64,000 bases of DNA from Tortispora ganteri. Taxonomy: Eukaryota. Where the stretch lies: positions 62,001 to 126,000 of the forward strand of contig PPNB01000014.1 in assembly GCA_003707115.1 (NCBI GenBank), read 5' to 3'. The translations under genes were made by a program, and so were the position numbers. The notes under the pieces were generated by a model, which saw only the letters and a program-made list of their open reading frames with translations, searched no databases and was not told the origin of the DNA. Positions 50,024 through 59,118 of this stretch are shown here, in pieces (position 1 is the first letter of the stretch; every line of letters begins with the position of its first letter).

Positions 50024-50386
50024 TCACATAGCGGCGGTAGGATCTCTGACGATTTGGACTTTATGTTTTGCTTGCCAATTAGCTAAATCCTTTTCGGCAC
50101 GTGAAAGTTCCGATTTTAATTGTGAGATAACTTTCTCGATTCCATCTTTGTTAGCTTTCACCGCCGGTAGCACTGTTTCCACTGTACCTTCAGTAAGTAT
50201 ACCACCAATTAGTCTGAATGCTTTTCTGTCCGGTGGGACTGCCGTCAGCGTTTTAATAACCACAGCATGATCTGCAGATTCAGCATCTAATTCATTTATT
50301 TTCATATTTATCTGTTCTAGTTTGCTTTTGAACTCATCGTATTGCCGTTGTAGATCCGCTGGAGGTGGTCTGCGATCATCAGCCAT
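50024..50386 (-). CDS. GIM4: Prefoldin subunit 2
   Basis: Coiled coils flanking DHAVVIKTL...DRKAFRLIGGILTEGTV..VLP; ends WQAKHKVQIV. Confidence 0.9.
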   Translation of the reverse strand: MADDRRPPPADLQRQYDEFKSKLEQINMKINELDAESADHAVVIKTLTAVPPDRKAFRLIGGILTEGTVETVLPAVKANKDGIEKVISQLKSELSRAEKDLANWQAKHKVQIVRDPTAAM

Positions 50387-50441
50387 TCTCGAAAGTGAAG
50401 GTTTCTTTCACCCAAATTCCTTTTTGATTTCATACTACACC

Positions 50442-50806
50442 ATGCATCCTAAACTCTCCGAATACAAACACGCAGGTACGTATATATATATATACAGATT
50501 AAACGATATTTCTAACATTTAGAATGCATGGATTTAATTATGGAACTTGAAAAGTGCCACCAGAAGAACTTCCTTGCTAAAGCGATGGGTTCCTGCAATG
50601 ACGTTAAAGATCAGCTCACTCTGTGTCTACGTCGTATCCGCATTGACCGCCAACTCGAAAATATATCAAACTCAAAAGGTAAACAGCAAATGATTCGATC
50701 ACGTTGGTTAAAAGAAGAGCAGGATGATGCTGAGATTCGTGATGCTATTCTGCAAAAACAGCAGCGTATCGAGTACCTCAAGTCACTCGAATCTTCGGCC
50801 TCTTAA
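50442..50806 (+). CDS. CMC2: Twin CX9C COX assembly protein Cmc2; exons 50442-50475 and 50523-50806
   Basis: Exon 1 MHPKLSEYKHA, GTACGT donor at 50476, TTCTAAC branch, TAG at 50522 (47-nt intron); the spliced product gives CMDLIMELEKC and CNDVKDQLTLC. Confidence 0.9.
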
Positions 50807-50908
50807 TTCACCATATCCACGCTATCAACTCAGCGTCTTACTGTAAATATTATTATCATTGCATTCATTACTCATAAAATCTTCGTCCTAATTTTTGCCT
50901 GCGTAGAC

Positions 50909-53900
50909 TCACCTCGTCACTAAGGCTCGTTGTTGCGCTAATAGCGCGCACCGTCCGAATAGACTAATCCATTCAGACTTCTCAATGCTCTGTTTCACAG
51001 CAAACCTGTATCGCACCTTGCCCACCCTAATCTCAAAACCATGACTCACATCGCTTCCGTTTACTGTAGCATTCACTTCGCTCTTACTGAGCCCCAAAAT
51101 AGTGTGGATTCGGCGATCGCTATGGTACACAATAAGGTACATCCCGCGTAGCTCTAAATGCACAGGAACCCACTTGTCCAGAGTATCCACTTGCATCAAA
51201 GCATCTCCGCGCTTAAGGATAGGTTCGTTCTTTAATACTACCAGTGTAGCTTCCGGATCACGCAGACTGTATCTTTCGTGACCATACTGTTCGTCGTGCT
51301 GCTCCATTCTCCGCGAAATTATACTTGCTATCACCTTTTCATATTGCAGAAACAATCCAGGATACTTCCATAACCGAATCGAGTTCTCTATATCCTCTTT
51401 ATGCATCCTCTCTGAAGTAGTTACTACCATGTCTTTGTTAAGTTCGCTCGTTATACGACCAAGCTCATACTCTTTGCCCATGTTTAGTCGAATCACCCCT
51501 TTAATGTAGTCATGAAACACGCCAAGTCCTCTAATGTTACTTCTCGATAAAGAAGCATCTTCTCTCAAAGCTCGAGCACTCAGGAGATCATTCAAAGATC
51601 CAGTGAGATCTTTGGTAAATGTAACAGAATGCACATAGTCCTCAGATAGCTTAGAAGGCCCGCTCGGCAATAACCTAGTTATCCATCCACCACTAGTGCG
51701 CGACCTGCTTTGAATAGTAAAGCAGATCTCAACGGTACAGCTCACGCTCTTCACTTTATCCGGACATTTACATTCAAGGTTCCATTCGATATCCATCAAT
51801 ATGTTGTGTTTGTATTTTGTGGCCTTGTTCAAGAACGGGAGATTGTGAACACTTGAATCCCATTGAACAACAAGTTTGATCCTCTCAGACCCATTGCCTA
51901 GTGTTTCTTTAGAACATTTAGAAACGCTCGAGAGCTCTATTTTCTTCTCGCAAAGTTCTCTAGACTCAGCTAATATCATTCCATAATTGTTCACTAATCT
52001 GATATTGTTCACTTGAACCCCCGATATCGAATTTATCTCAAAACCTTCAAAGGGCGGATAAGTAACTTTCAGAACAAATCGACGTTGCATTCCTTGATGT
52101 AGTAAAAAAGTATCCCCTAATTCATCCTCCAAAATATCGACAGCTGAATATTCGCCATCCTCTCCCAGTTCCAAAATAGAGAAATTCGTGTGCATGTCTG
52201 TTGCGTAGGTTAGATTCTCTTCGTCGACAAGTGGCGAACTAGGGACAGAACGTGGCTTCATTGAAAATGGCAGCACTGCTTTCTCTAAAAGTTGCATGCT
52301 GTCCCAGCTGTAAAGTCTTTCAGTATGTATGTTGGTAATATTAGCATAAACCAATACTTCAATCATTAACCGCCCTTCCGCGTCAAATAATAAAGGCGAG
52401 ATAGAAACATTTTCTTTGAAGCTAAACAGAATAGGCTTATCAGAGAATCCAGATACTCTTTCTGTAACTAACCGGGTAGGAATTTCACTTTCAGATGTTT
52501 TCACAAAAAGAGAAACATGTACGTCTGAATACTCGTGTTCTGCAATACCGCGCAAGCTCTTGCACTCAAGTGCAACATTCAGCATAGGCCCTTTATCTCT
52601 AGATTGCGCAATCATTCCTGTATCTGATGATCCGATATGTAGTTCTAGGAGTCCTATAGGCTGAAATATATACGTTGATAAAACCTCACATGAAAAATCG
52701 TACCCAACAGGTATCAAATTAGCAACAATAGGTACGGTAGTAAATCCGATCATGCTGTATCGAATAGTGTCTTCAAGAGCAATACCATCAGTTGAGATTA
52801 TATCAGGCCCATTGCTTCTAAATTTGTACTGATGAATTGCACCAAGTCTCTTTAGCTGATGCTCAAGTCTGTCTGTAGTCCATAGACGCACTGTATTATT
52901 CTCAGTGTTTGTCACTCTGACAGCAGTCAAGGGAAACTTGCTCAAAGTGGCGTTGCTGAAATTGCTTTCACCAATGGTATTTGCTTCATCATATGCGGAT
53001 AGTTCAAACTCATGCGGTGACACTGCCACTGCAAACTGATAGTCAAGTGGAAGACCTAGTTCAGAAGTCATTCTCACAACAGATTTTAAAAGTCGAGTAG
53101 AACGAATAATTGACTCAAGGAGTGTCATGTATCTGCGTGATTTCCATCTCAAAACATACTTCCTGGCTAAATCGTAATCCCCAAGAAGAACATGAGACCT
53201 CATTTCTAAGGGTTCTGAAGAGTAGTCAAACCCCCTAGAACGATCAGAATAAGGGTATGTCCTTCTTCCATCATAAGACATAGTATCTTCAATAGAAGAG
53301 CGTGGTGACGCCGAAGGAAACAAACCAAATGATGACCGAGGAGTTTCTGGAGATTTAATGCTATTAGAGAAATCTTTCTTCTCTCTAGTCATTCGTTCAG
53401 CATGTAGCTGTTCAACCAAGTTGTTTAAGTCTGAATCAGACATCGCTGTCAAATCACCCGTGCTCACAGGACTCTCATTTATCAATGATTTTCTAAGTTT
53501 TCGGCGTGAAGATATTGGCGTTGACTCCATTGCATTGGTTCTGTTGAGTTTCTTGACGTGGTTGAACCGGAACAGGTGATCTTCACCGAATGTTATCACT
53601 GAACCTGTGTTAAGCAATGTAGGACTAGATATTTGCTCGTCGTCAACAAACACTTCACAGTTTGGTTCAGGTATTAATATGATAGTATTATCTTTGTTTT
53701 CGAACCTGGCATGAACGTGGGCAATTGTGGGCCCAAAGAGACGAATAGCGTGTTCATTTTCAGCCGGTATAAAACTTTTGTTGTTGTCATTAATCACAAA
53801 TGTTACTCCAGGCTTTATATTGTAAAGTAGACACTCATTAAACAACTCATCCTGGCTAAGATTAATAATGTGAGGAAATTTTTGAGGTGCTCTAAATGCA

Positions 53901-55252
53901 ATAGAATCTTTTTCTATATGTATACCCATTTCTTCAAGAGCAGCCTCTCTTTCTGCCTGTATTTTCTTTGACAGAGCGAGTCTTTCCTCCATTGTGCGTC
54001 TATTCTCCTCTAGCAGCTTTTCAGAAATTTTGAATTTGTTCAGCAATTCTTCTTTTGTCATTGATATCGAAGTGCCGTCAGCCTGCACTAAAGAAAGCAG
54101 TGTCTGGTCTGAGGCATGTGATGCGTCTGTCAATTGTGATTTCAGAAGTTCAAGTTCTTTCTTTAGTTCTCTCACAAGCTTTGTAGAGGGATCTTCATTC
54201 TTTACAGGATGATTCTGAATTGTTTTAGCAAAACTGGCGTACCTAAGAGTAGAAAGCGTTTCAAAATAACAGGATGATGAAGCAGATATGTTTGCTATCA
54301 TAGCAGTGAGAGAGTTTCCGCCAAGAGAATCCTTTAGAAGCCAAGTTAGAACAGAGTCGCGGTAGGGGACGACCAGCTTCTTTGAAGGTTGCTTTGCGCG
54401 TTCGGCCAATATTGAGATGACACGACCTAATGCGCTAAGAGATTTGTTTATTTCTGTACCTTCCTTAAACCGTAGACCTGTAGCTCTTGTTAGAGTGACC
54501 CGTTCAGAACCGGCAAGATCGACTAAGTTTATCCGTGAGATGTGTTCCGATACTATATCATCAGTTTCGTGAACACGCTGTGTGAGGAGCATTGAAAAGA
54601 CCGCATGCGAACGAGAAGAGGTGTCGTTCATGTTTGTAGCCCCAACAGTACGCACTTTGTTGCCCTCGTCCATTAGCGACATTATACTTTCGTAGGAAGA
54701 GGCGACTACTTTCGATAGATCTTCGACATAGGTGCCCAAAGAAGGGTGTTCGCGTACGCGCAAAGAGCCTGTATTGCGAGGGTTGAGCAGGTCGTTAACG
54801 CGTTCGTTGTATATTTCAAAGTAAGATACTTCTAGAGAACATTGATGCGGTAACTGGTCAATTTGCTGAAACATTAATTGGCATATTCGAGGAATCAAAC
54901 CAGGATCGGACTTCGTTCCCATCATGGTATGCGTTTTGCCTGAACCAGTTTGTCCATAGGCAAAAATGCAGTTGTTAAACTTAGCAAATGCATTATTAAC
55001 CAATGGGACGCCTAAATCATTAAATATTTGCAATTGGACGTCATTATCGGGGGTATCACCACTGTTTATGTATACTTTATCGAACTGGAATGATCTCTGA
55101 GACTCTGTTCTATTGGGGGATAATTGCACTGGATCTAGGGTGATTGTATTTAAATTATTAGTCTGTACTATTGAAACATCTGAATTCGACAATTCCTTGT
55201 GATTTAAAGGCCTGACTCGTATTGTTACAGTAAGATTGCCTTGCTGATTCAT
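50909..55252 (-). CDS. Kinesin-3 (Unc-104/KIF1/UncA-like) motor
   Basis: FAYGQTGSGKT, NDTSSRSHA, LVDLAGSER, VPYRDSVLTWLLKDSLGGNS, FHA (PHIINLSQD..FNECLLYNIKPG), FLLHQGMQRR and WDSSVHN..FLN segments, C-terminal PH-like domain. First ATG at 55252. Confidence 0.92.
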   Translation of the reverse strand: MNQQGNLTVTIRVRPLNHKELSNSDVSIVQTNNLNTITLDPVQLSPNRTESQRSFQFDKVYINSGDTPDNDVQLQIFNDLGVPLVNNAFAKFNNCIFAYGQTGSGKTHTMMGTKSDPGLIPRICQLMFQQIDQLPHQCSLEVSYFEIYNERVNDLLNPRNTGSLRVREHPSLGTYVEDLSKVVASSYESIMSLMDEGNKVRTVGATNMNDTSSRSHAVFSMLLTQRVHETDDIVSEHISRINLVDLAGSERVTLTRATGLRFKEGTEINKSLSALGRVISILAERAKQPSKKLVVPYRDSVLTWLLKDSLGGNSLTAMIANISASSSCYFETLSTLRYASFAKTIQNHPVKNEDPSTKLVRELKKELELLKSQLTDASHASDQTLLSLVQADGTSISMTKEELLNKFKISEKLLEENRRTMEERLALSKKIQAEREAALEEMGIHIEKDSIAFRAPQKFPHIINLSQDELFNECLLYNIKPGVTFVINDNNKSFIPAENEHAIRLFGPTIAHVHARFENKDNTIILIPEPNCEVFVDDEQISSPTLLNTGSVITFGEDHLFRFNHVKKLNRTNAMESTPISSRRKLRKSLINESPVSTGDLTAMSDSDLNNLVEQLHAERMTREKKDFSNSIKSPETPRSSFGLFPSASPRSSIEDTMSYDGRRTYPYSDRSRGFDYSSEPLEMRSHVLLGDYDLARKYVLRWKSRRYMTLLESIIRSTRLLKSVVRMTSELGLPLDYQFAVAVSPHEFELSAYDEANTIGESNFSNATLSKFPLTAVRVTNTENNTVRLWTTDRLEHQLKRLGAIHQYKFRSNGPDIISTDGIALEDTIRYSMIGFTTVPIVANLIPVGYDFSCEVLSTYIFQPIGLLELHIGSSDTGMIAQSRDKGPMLNVALECKSLRGIAEHEYSDVHVSLFVKTSESEIPTRLVTERVSGFSDKPILFSFKENVSISPLLFDAEGRLMIEVLVYANITNIHTERLYSWDSMQLLEKAVLPFSMKPRSVPSSPLVDEENLTYATDMHTNFSILELGEDGEYSAVDILEDELGDTFLLHQGMQRRFVLKVTYPPFEGFEINSISGVQVNNIRLVNNYGMILAESRELCEKKIELSSVSKCSKETLGNGSERIKLVVQWDSSVHNLPFLNKATKYKHNILMDIEWNLECKCPDKVKSVSCTVEICFTIQSRSRTSGGWITRLLPSGPSKLSEDYVHSVTFTKDLTGSLNDLLSARALREDASLSRSNIRGLGVFHDYIKGVIRLNMGKEYELGRITSELNKDMVVTTSERMHKEDIENSIRLWKYPGLFLQYEKVIASIISRRMEQHDEQYGHERYSLRDPEATLVVLKNEPILKRGDALMQVDTLDKWVPVHLELRGMYLIVYHSDRRIHTILGLSKSEVNATVNGSDVSHGFEIRVGKVRYRFAVKQSIEKSEWISLFGRCALLAQQRALVTR

Positions 55253-55410
55253 ATTATAATGTGGTAATGACAGTTTGACCGTGAGGCTGGGAAGTAAAGT
55301 AAAAACAGGACTTATGTGTGTGTGTGTGGGGGGTCGCGGTCCGAGGGGGGGGCCCTTTCTATACCCTGCTGCTCCCAATAATTGGAAAAAAAGTCTGTAC
55401 ACCAAAAAAG

Positions 55411-55953
55411 TTAGAGAGAGGCATCTTCGTCAAAGCGACGCAGTTGATCTAGCAATACTTGCAGCTCAGAGTCCGATATTTTATCGTTTAAGCTAGGTAT
55501 TAAAGTCTTAGCTTCTTCAGAGTCGTCGCATGCTAGATTTCCTAGCTGTGCAATTTCAAAAGGATGTAAGCTCGATGTCGCTGAACCCTTAAGCAAATGT
55601 TCGACTGAATCGACAGTGGAATCTGTTCTGAACCGTGCAAACATTGCCAAATACTCTTGCGTTTTTCTCAATACGTCATTATCTCTTGAATAATACATTT
55701 CATCGTCTTCGTTGTTGTTTTCATCGATTTGGAGGTTTCTGTTGTTTATATTTCTATGCCTTAGCGTCTCTTTGATCAACAATCTTGCTTCCGATAAGTT
55801 GAGTGTCATCAACAGTGCCTCGTTGCCGTCATTGCCAATCTGTTTTAGATCGAACTCCGGGCCAAATTTGAGTGTAGTCGCATCCTCTTCAATATTAGTT
55901 GTATTATTTGGTTTTCGCCTTTGCGAGTACCGTGACGATGTCGAAATATTCAT
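55411..55953 (-). CDS. RPB4: RNA polymerase II subunit Rpb4
   Basis: MNISTS, EEDATTLKFGPEF, LNLSEARLLI, LHPFEIAQLGNLACD..EEAKTLIPSL. Confidence 0.95.
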   Translation of the reverse strand: MNISTSSRYSQRRKPNNTTNIEEDATTLKFGPEFDLKQIGNDGNEALLMTLNLSEARLLIKETLRHRNINNRNLQIDENNNEDDEMYYSRDNDVLRKTQEYLAMFARFRTDSTVDSVEHLLKGSATSSLHPFEIAQLGNLACDDSEEAKTLIPSLNDKISDSELQVLLDQLRRFDEDASL

Positions 55954-56069
55954 TTTCTGATAAAATTATAGGGGTGGTTGTCGCTTTCTATGTCCCTGAT
56001 GACCCTCCCACACCCACTCAACTTACATTACTACGCCCAACATCTGCACCACAATATCGCAAAATACAC

Positions 56070-56474
56070 ATGGCAATACTATCATTGTATATCTTAAACA
56101 AGTCCGGTGGATTGGTATACCAGCGCGATTTTACAGAAAAGTTGAATAAATTGTCGGCTAATGACTATCTTGTTCTTGCTGGTACATTTCACGGTATACA
56201 TGTTATCGCATCTAAAATATCCCCAGTATTGCACTCTTCAGGTATAAAATCAATAGACTCCTCTACCTTCTCTCTCCACTGTTTACAAACACCAACGGGT
56301 ATTAAGTTCCTCTTAGTCACAGATCCGGGCCAATCAAATGCTTATCTTCTTCTCTCAAAAATTTACCAATTGTACGCTGATTATGTTATGAAAAACCCGT
56401 TCCACCAGCTTGAAATGCCGATCAGATCAGACCAATTTAATAGACAATTAACTCTCTACGCTGGATCTACCTAA
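56070..56474 (+). CDS. TRS23: TRAPP complex subunit Trs23 (TRAPPC4, longin fold)
   Basis: LYILNKSGGLVYQRDF, NDYLVLAGTFHGIH, QTPTGIKF, YADYVMKNPFHQLEMPIR; first ATG at 56070. Confidence 0.92.
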   Translation: MAILSLYILNKSGGLVYQRDFTEKLNKLSANDYLVLAGTFHGIHVIASKISPVLHSSGIKSIDSSTFSLHCLQTPTGIKFLLVTDPGQSNAYLLLSKIYQLYADYVMKNPFHQLEMPIRSDQFNRQLTLYAGST

Positions 56475-56561
56475 ATTCAAATATATCGCAGTAACTTGTA
56501 AACTCTTATAGCATTCATTTTTATAATATTCGTAGTATTATGTACCAAAGTTCAATGTCAA

Positions 56562-58109
56562 TCACAAGTTACTAGGAGACTTCGAATCACCAGCAGGCGG
56601 AACTCCAGCAGGCGTCAAAGGCCATCCATAGGCTCCAGGTTGTGTGCGTACGTACCCATAACTCGCTACAAAACTGTCTAGAAACGCCGGCCCACGACTA
56701 CCGTATGGATACGGAGAAGGCACAACATCAGTATTCTGGTCAAGGTATTTCAGTAGCGGGGTGAAAATTCTCCATGAAGCATCAAGTTCATCGTCTCGAA
56801 CGAAATTACTGTGGTCTCCTTTAAGTGCATCTAAGATTAAACTTTCGTAAGCCTCAGGGATCTTAAGATCAGAGAAGCGACGTCGGTAAGTCAAATCTAA
56901 CTCAGTTAATGCAGTGTTCATAGTCAATCCCGGAAGCTTGGAATTGATCTTTAAATAAATGGCTTCATCTGGCTGAACTCTGATAACCAACTCATTTCTG
57001 GGAATGTCTCGGAAAATACCTGAACTAACGTCCTTGAACTGGATTCTGATCTCAGTCTTCTGTTCATCAAGAGCTTTTCCTGCTTTTAGAATAAATGGGA
57101 CACCATCCCATCTCTCATTCTTGATATAAATAGCCATTCCAGCAAATGTCGGACACCTGCTGTCCTTGGGCACTCCTACATCGTCTTTGTAGCCAGGTTT
57201 CTTGCCGTCTTCACTACCAACGTATTGACCGATAATCACGTCCCCTGGGTTAATTGCAGGAATGGCGCGCAAAACACGAACTTTTTCATCGCGAATATCC
57301 TCTGCCGAAAAAGAAATAGGACGTTCCATGGCTACCATCGTCAATACTTGCAAAAGATGGTTTTGCATGACATCGCGGATAATGCCAGTGGGGTCAAAAT
57401 AGCCGCCTCGACCTTCTGTGCCGATAGTCTCTTTAAAAGTAATCTGAACGTTAGAAATATGATTTTTGTTCCAGTTCGCATTGAAGAACTCGTTGCCGAA
57501 TCTGACAATGAGCAAGTTCTTGACCATTTCCTTGCCGAGGTAGTGGTCTATGCGAAACAGTTCGTCCTCAGTCCAGATGGGAGCGAGGTCCTTCTGTAGC
57601 GCTCGAGAACTCTCTAGATCATTACCAAAGGGCTTCTCCACAATAAGCTTTGCCCGTCCGTTCAACGGGTAGCAAAGTCTTTTGGTGTGCGAACTGACCT
57701 CGACGAAAACGTTAGGAGGCAAAGCCATGTAGAATAGTCGATCAAAGGGTGTGGTGCCCTCAATGAAATTAAGGTGATTTGCAAGTTCCTTATAGCCAAT
57801 ATCTTCGTTATAAGGGCCTGAAACATAAGTACACAGTTCGAGAAATTTCTCGAGCTGCTTCTCCATAGGTTTGGTGACGATCTTAATGTACGAGGAGATG
57901 CGTTTGCGATACTCTTCGAGAGTCATTTTTGTGCGCGCATAGCCAACAATGTGTATATTACGAGGCAGGAATTCGTTCCTGTACAAGCCAAAAAGAGCCG
58001 GATATGTTTTCTTCTTTGCAAGATCGCCAGAAGCACCAAACACGACAATCGTAGTGTTGTCGTTCATGGTAACGTTGCTGTCATTGGGGTTAGTAAGCTG
58101 GTCGCTCAT
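56562..58109 (-). CDS. ZWF1: Glucose-6-phosphate dehydrogenase
   Basis: GASGDLAKKKTYP, EKPFG, RIDHYLGKEMV, GIIRDVMQNHLLQ. Confidence 0.98.
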   Translation of the reverse strand: MSDQLTNPNDSNVTMNDNTTIVVFGASGDLAKKKTYPALFGLYRNEFLPRNIHIVGYARTKMTLEEYRKRISSYIKIVTKPMEKQLEKFLELCTYVSGPYNEDIGYKELANHLNFIEGTTPFDRLFYMALPPNVFVEVSSHTKRLCYPLNGRAKLIVEKPFGNDLESSRALQKDLAPIWTEDELFRIDHYLGKEMVKNLLIVRFGNEFFNANWNKNHISNVQITFKETIGTEGRGGYFDPTGIIRDVMQNHLLQVLTMVAMERPISFSAEDIRDEKVRVLRAIPAINPGDVIIGQYVGSEDGKKPGYKDDVGVPKDSRCPTFAGMAIYIKNERWDGVPFILKAGKALDEQKTEIRIQFKDVSSGIFRDIPRNELVIRVQPDEAIYLKINSKLPGLTMNTALTELDLTYRRRFSDLKIPEAYESLILDALKGDHSNFVRDDELDASWRIFTPLLKYLDQNTDVVPSPYPYGSRGPAFLDSFVASYGYVRTQPGAYGWPLTPAGVPPAGDSKSPSNL

Positions 58110-59118
58110 GGTGGAGTCTAAGCGGAATGGCGGGTATAGAGACGTTTCCTGCTAATCAATTGTAGTCCTTAGAGTTCGCGGTCCGTTTCGTGAAGTTTTC
58201 GGACAATTAAATGAGCAAAATAGTGCTGCCAAAGATGAAGTGCGAGGAAGAACGAAAGGGAAAAATGGTGGGGGTAGCAGTCTTCGATGCTTGGTTGGGA
58301 AAGGCGGAAAACGGAAAACTCTATTTTCCCACCCCTCCGGTTCCAGCAACCACATGGTCATCGGCTAGCGGCTGAATTAGTCATAGTGAAAGGCTAAAAA
58401 TAGTATGCAGATCGGCACCAGAATACCATAATTTTGCAGCGTGACATGATCAAATATATGCCATTATATTGCTGTGATAGTACGATCCCAAATCTTAAAT
58501 CCCTTTTATAATACTGTTCAATGTCTCTTGACTGGCTATGTAGCGATGTTGAGTCTGCTTCACATTTGACTTAACTTCTTGATTACCGTTTAAACCTAAT
58601 TCTGGCCACTTGCTGCATCGTCTTGCTGCAACGACATCGTCGACACCTTCTTAGATCACATATGGACGTGCCATTGTATGCGTTCGCACAGTGTGCGGTC
58701 TTCAATTAATAGCTTTATAACTACTTCATCGATTTGCGCAGCCTCGCTAACCTTCTTATAAGTTTTATAAAATACTTACTTGGTCTTTTCCTTGCCAATA
58801 ATATTATCCGCAATAACAATCACCTCATTGGATTCGCTTATGATAGTTTCGGCCATATCGATGCTCATGCAGTCGCCACTTAGACTCTCCCTGGAGTAGC
58901 ATTTCATTTATGTAATCTAGGGCAAACTTAATCGCCTGATGTGATGCCCAGTTTCTTCAGCGTAACCCTGTCTGCTACAAGCCTTCTAAATCAGATCCAA
59001 GACTACGCGACTCTTACTGTTAATTTTGCCTGGTTTGCCTACTATATGCCTATGTGCGTGGGGTTTTTTATCAAAATGAGGTGATCTACGCTACACTAAT
59101 TCTTCGCTTCGCATTAAT

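Noticed and set aside
30596..55405. TTG/GTG N-terminal extensions in the ORF track (RIM15, NFS1, CCT2, kinesin and others)
   Set aside because: Artefacts of a prokaryote-style start rule; homology begins at the first ATG.
12704..58109. TKL1 and ZWF1 (and RIM15/SNF1) as functional clusters
   Set aside because: Separated by many unrelated genes; no shared distinctive motif was found.
58110..59118. Hidden gene or ncRNA in the ~1-kb gap upstream of ZWF1 (also 45695-46659)
   Set aside because: No credible ORF, splice signals, tRNA boxes or snRNA signature seen by eye; a covariance-model scan is needed to exclude one.
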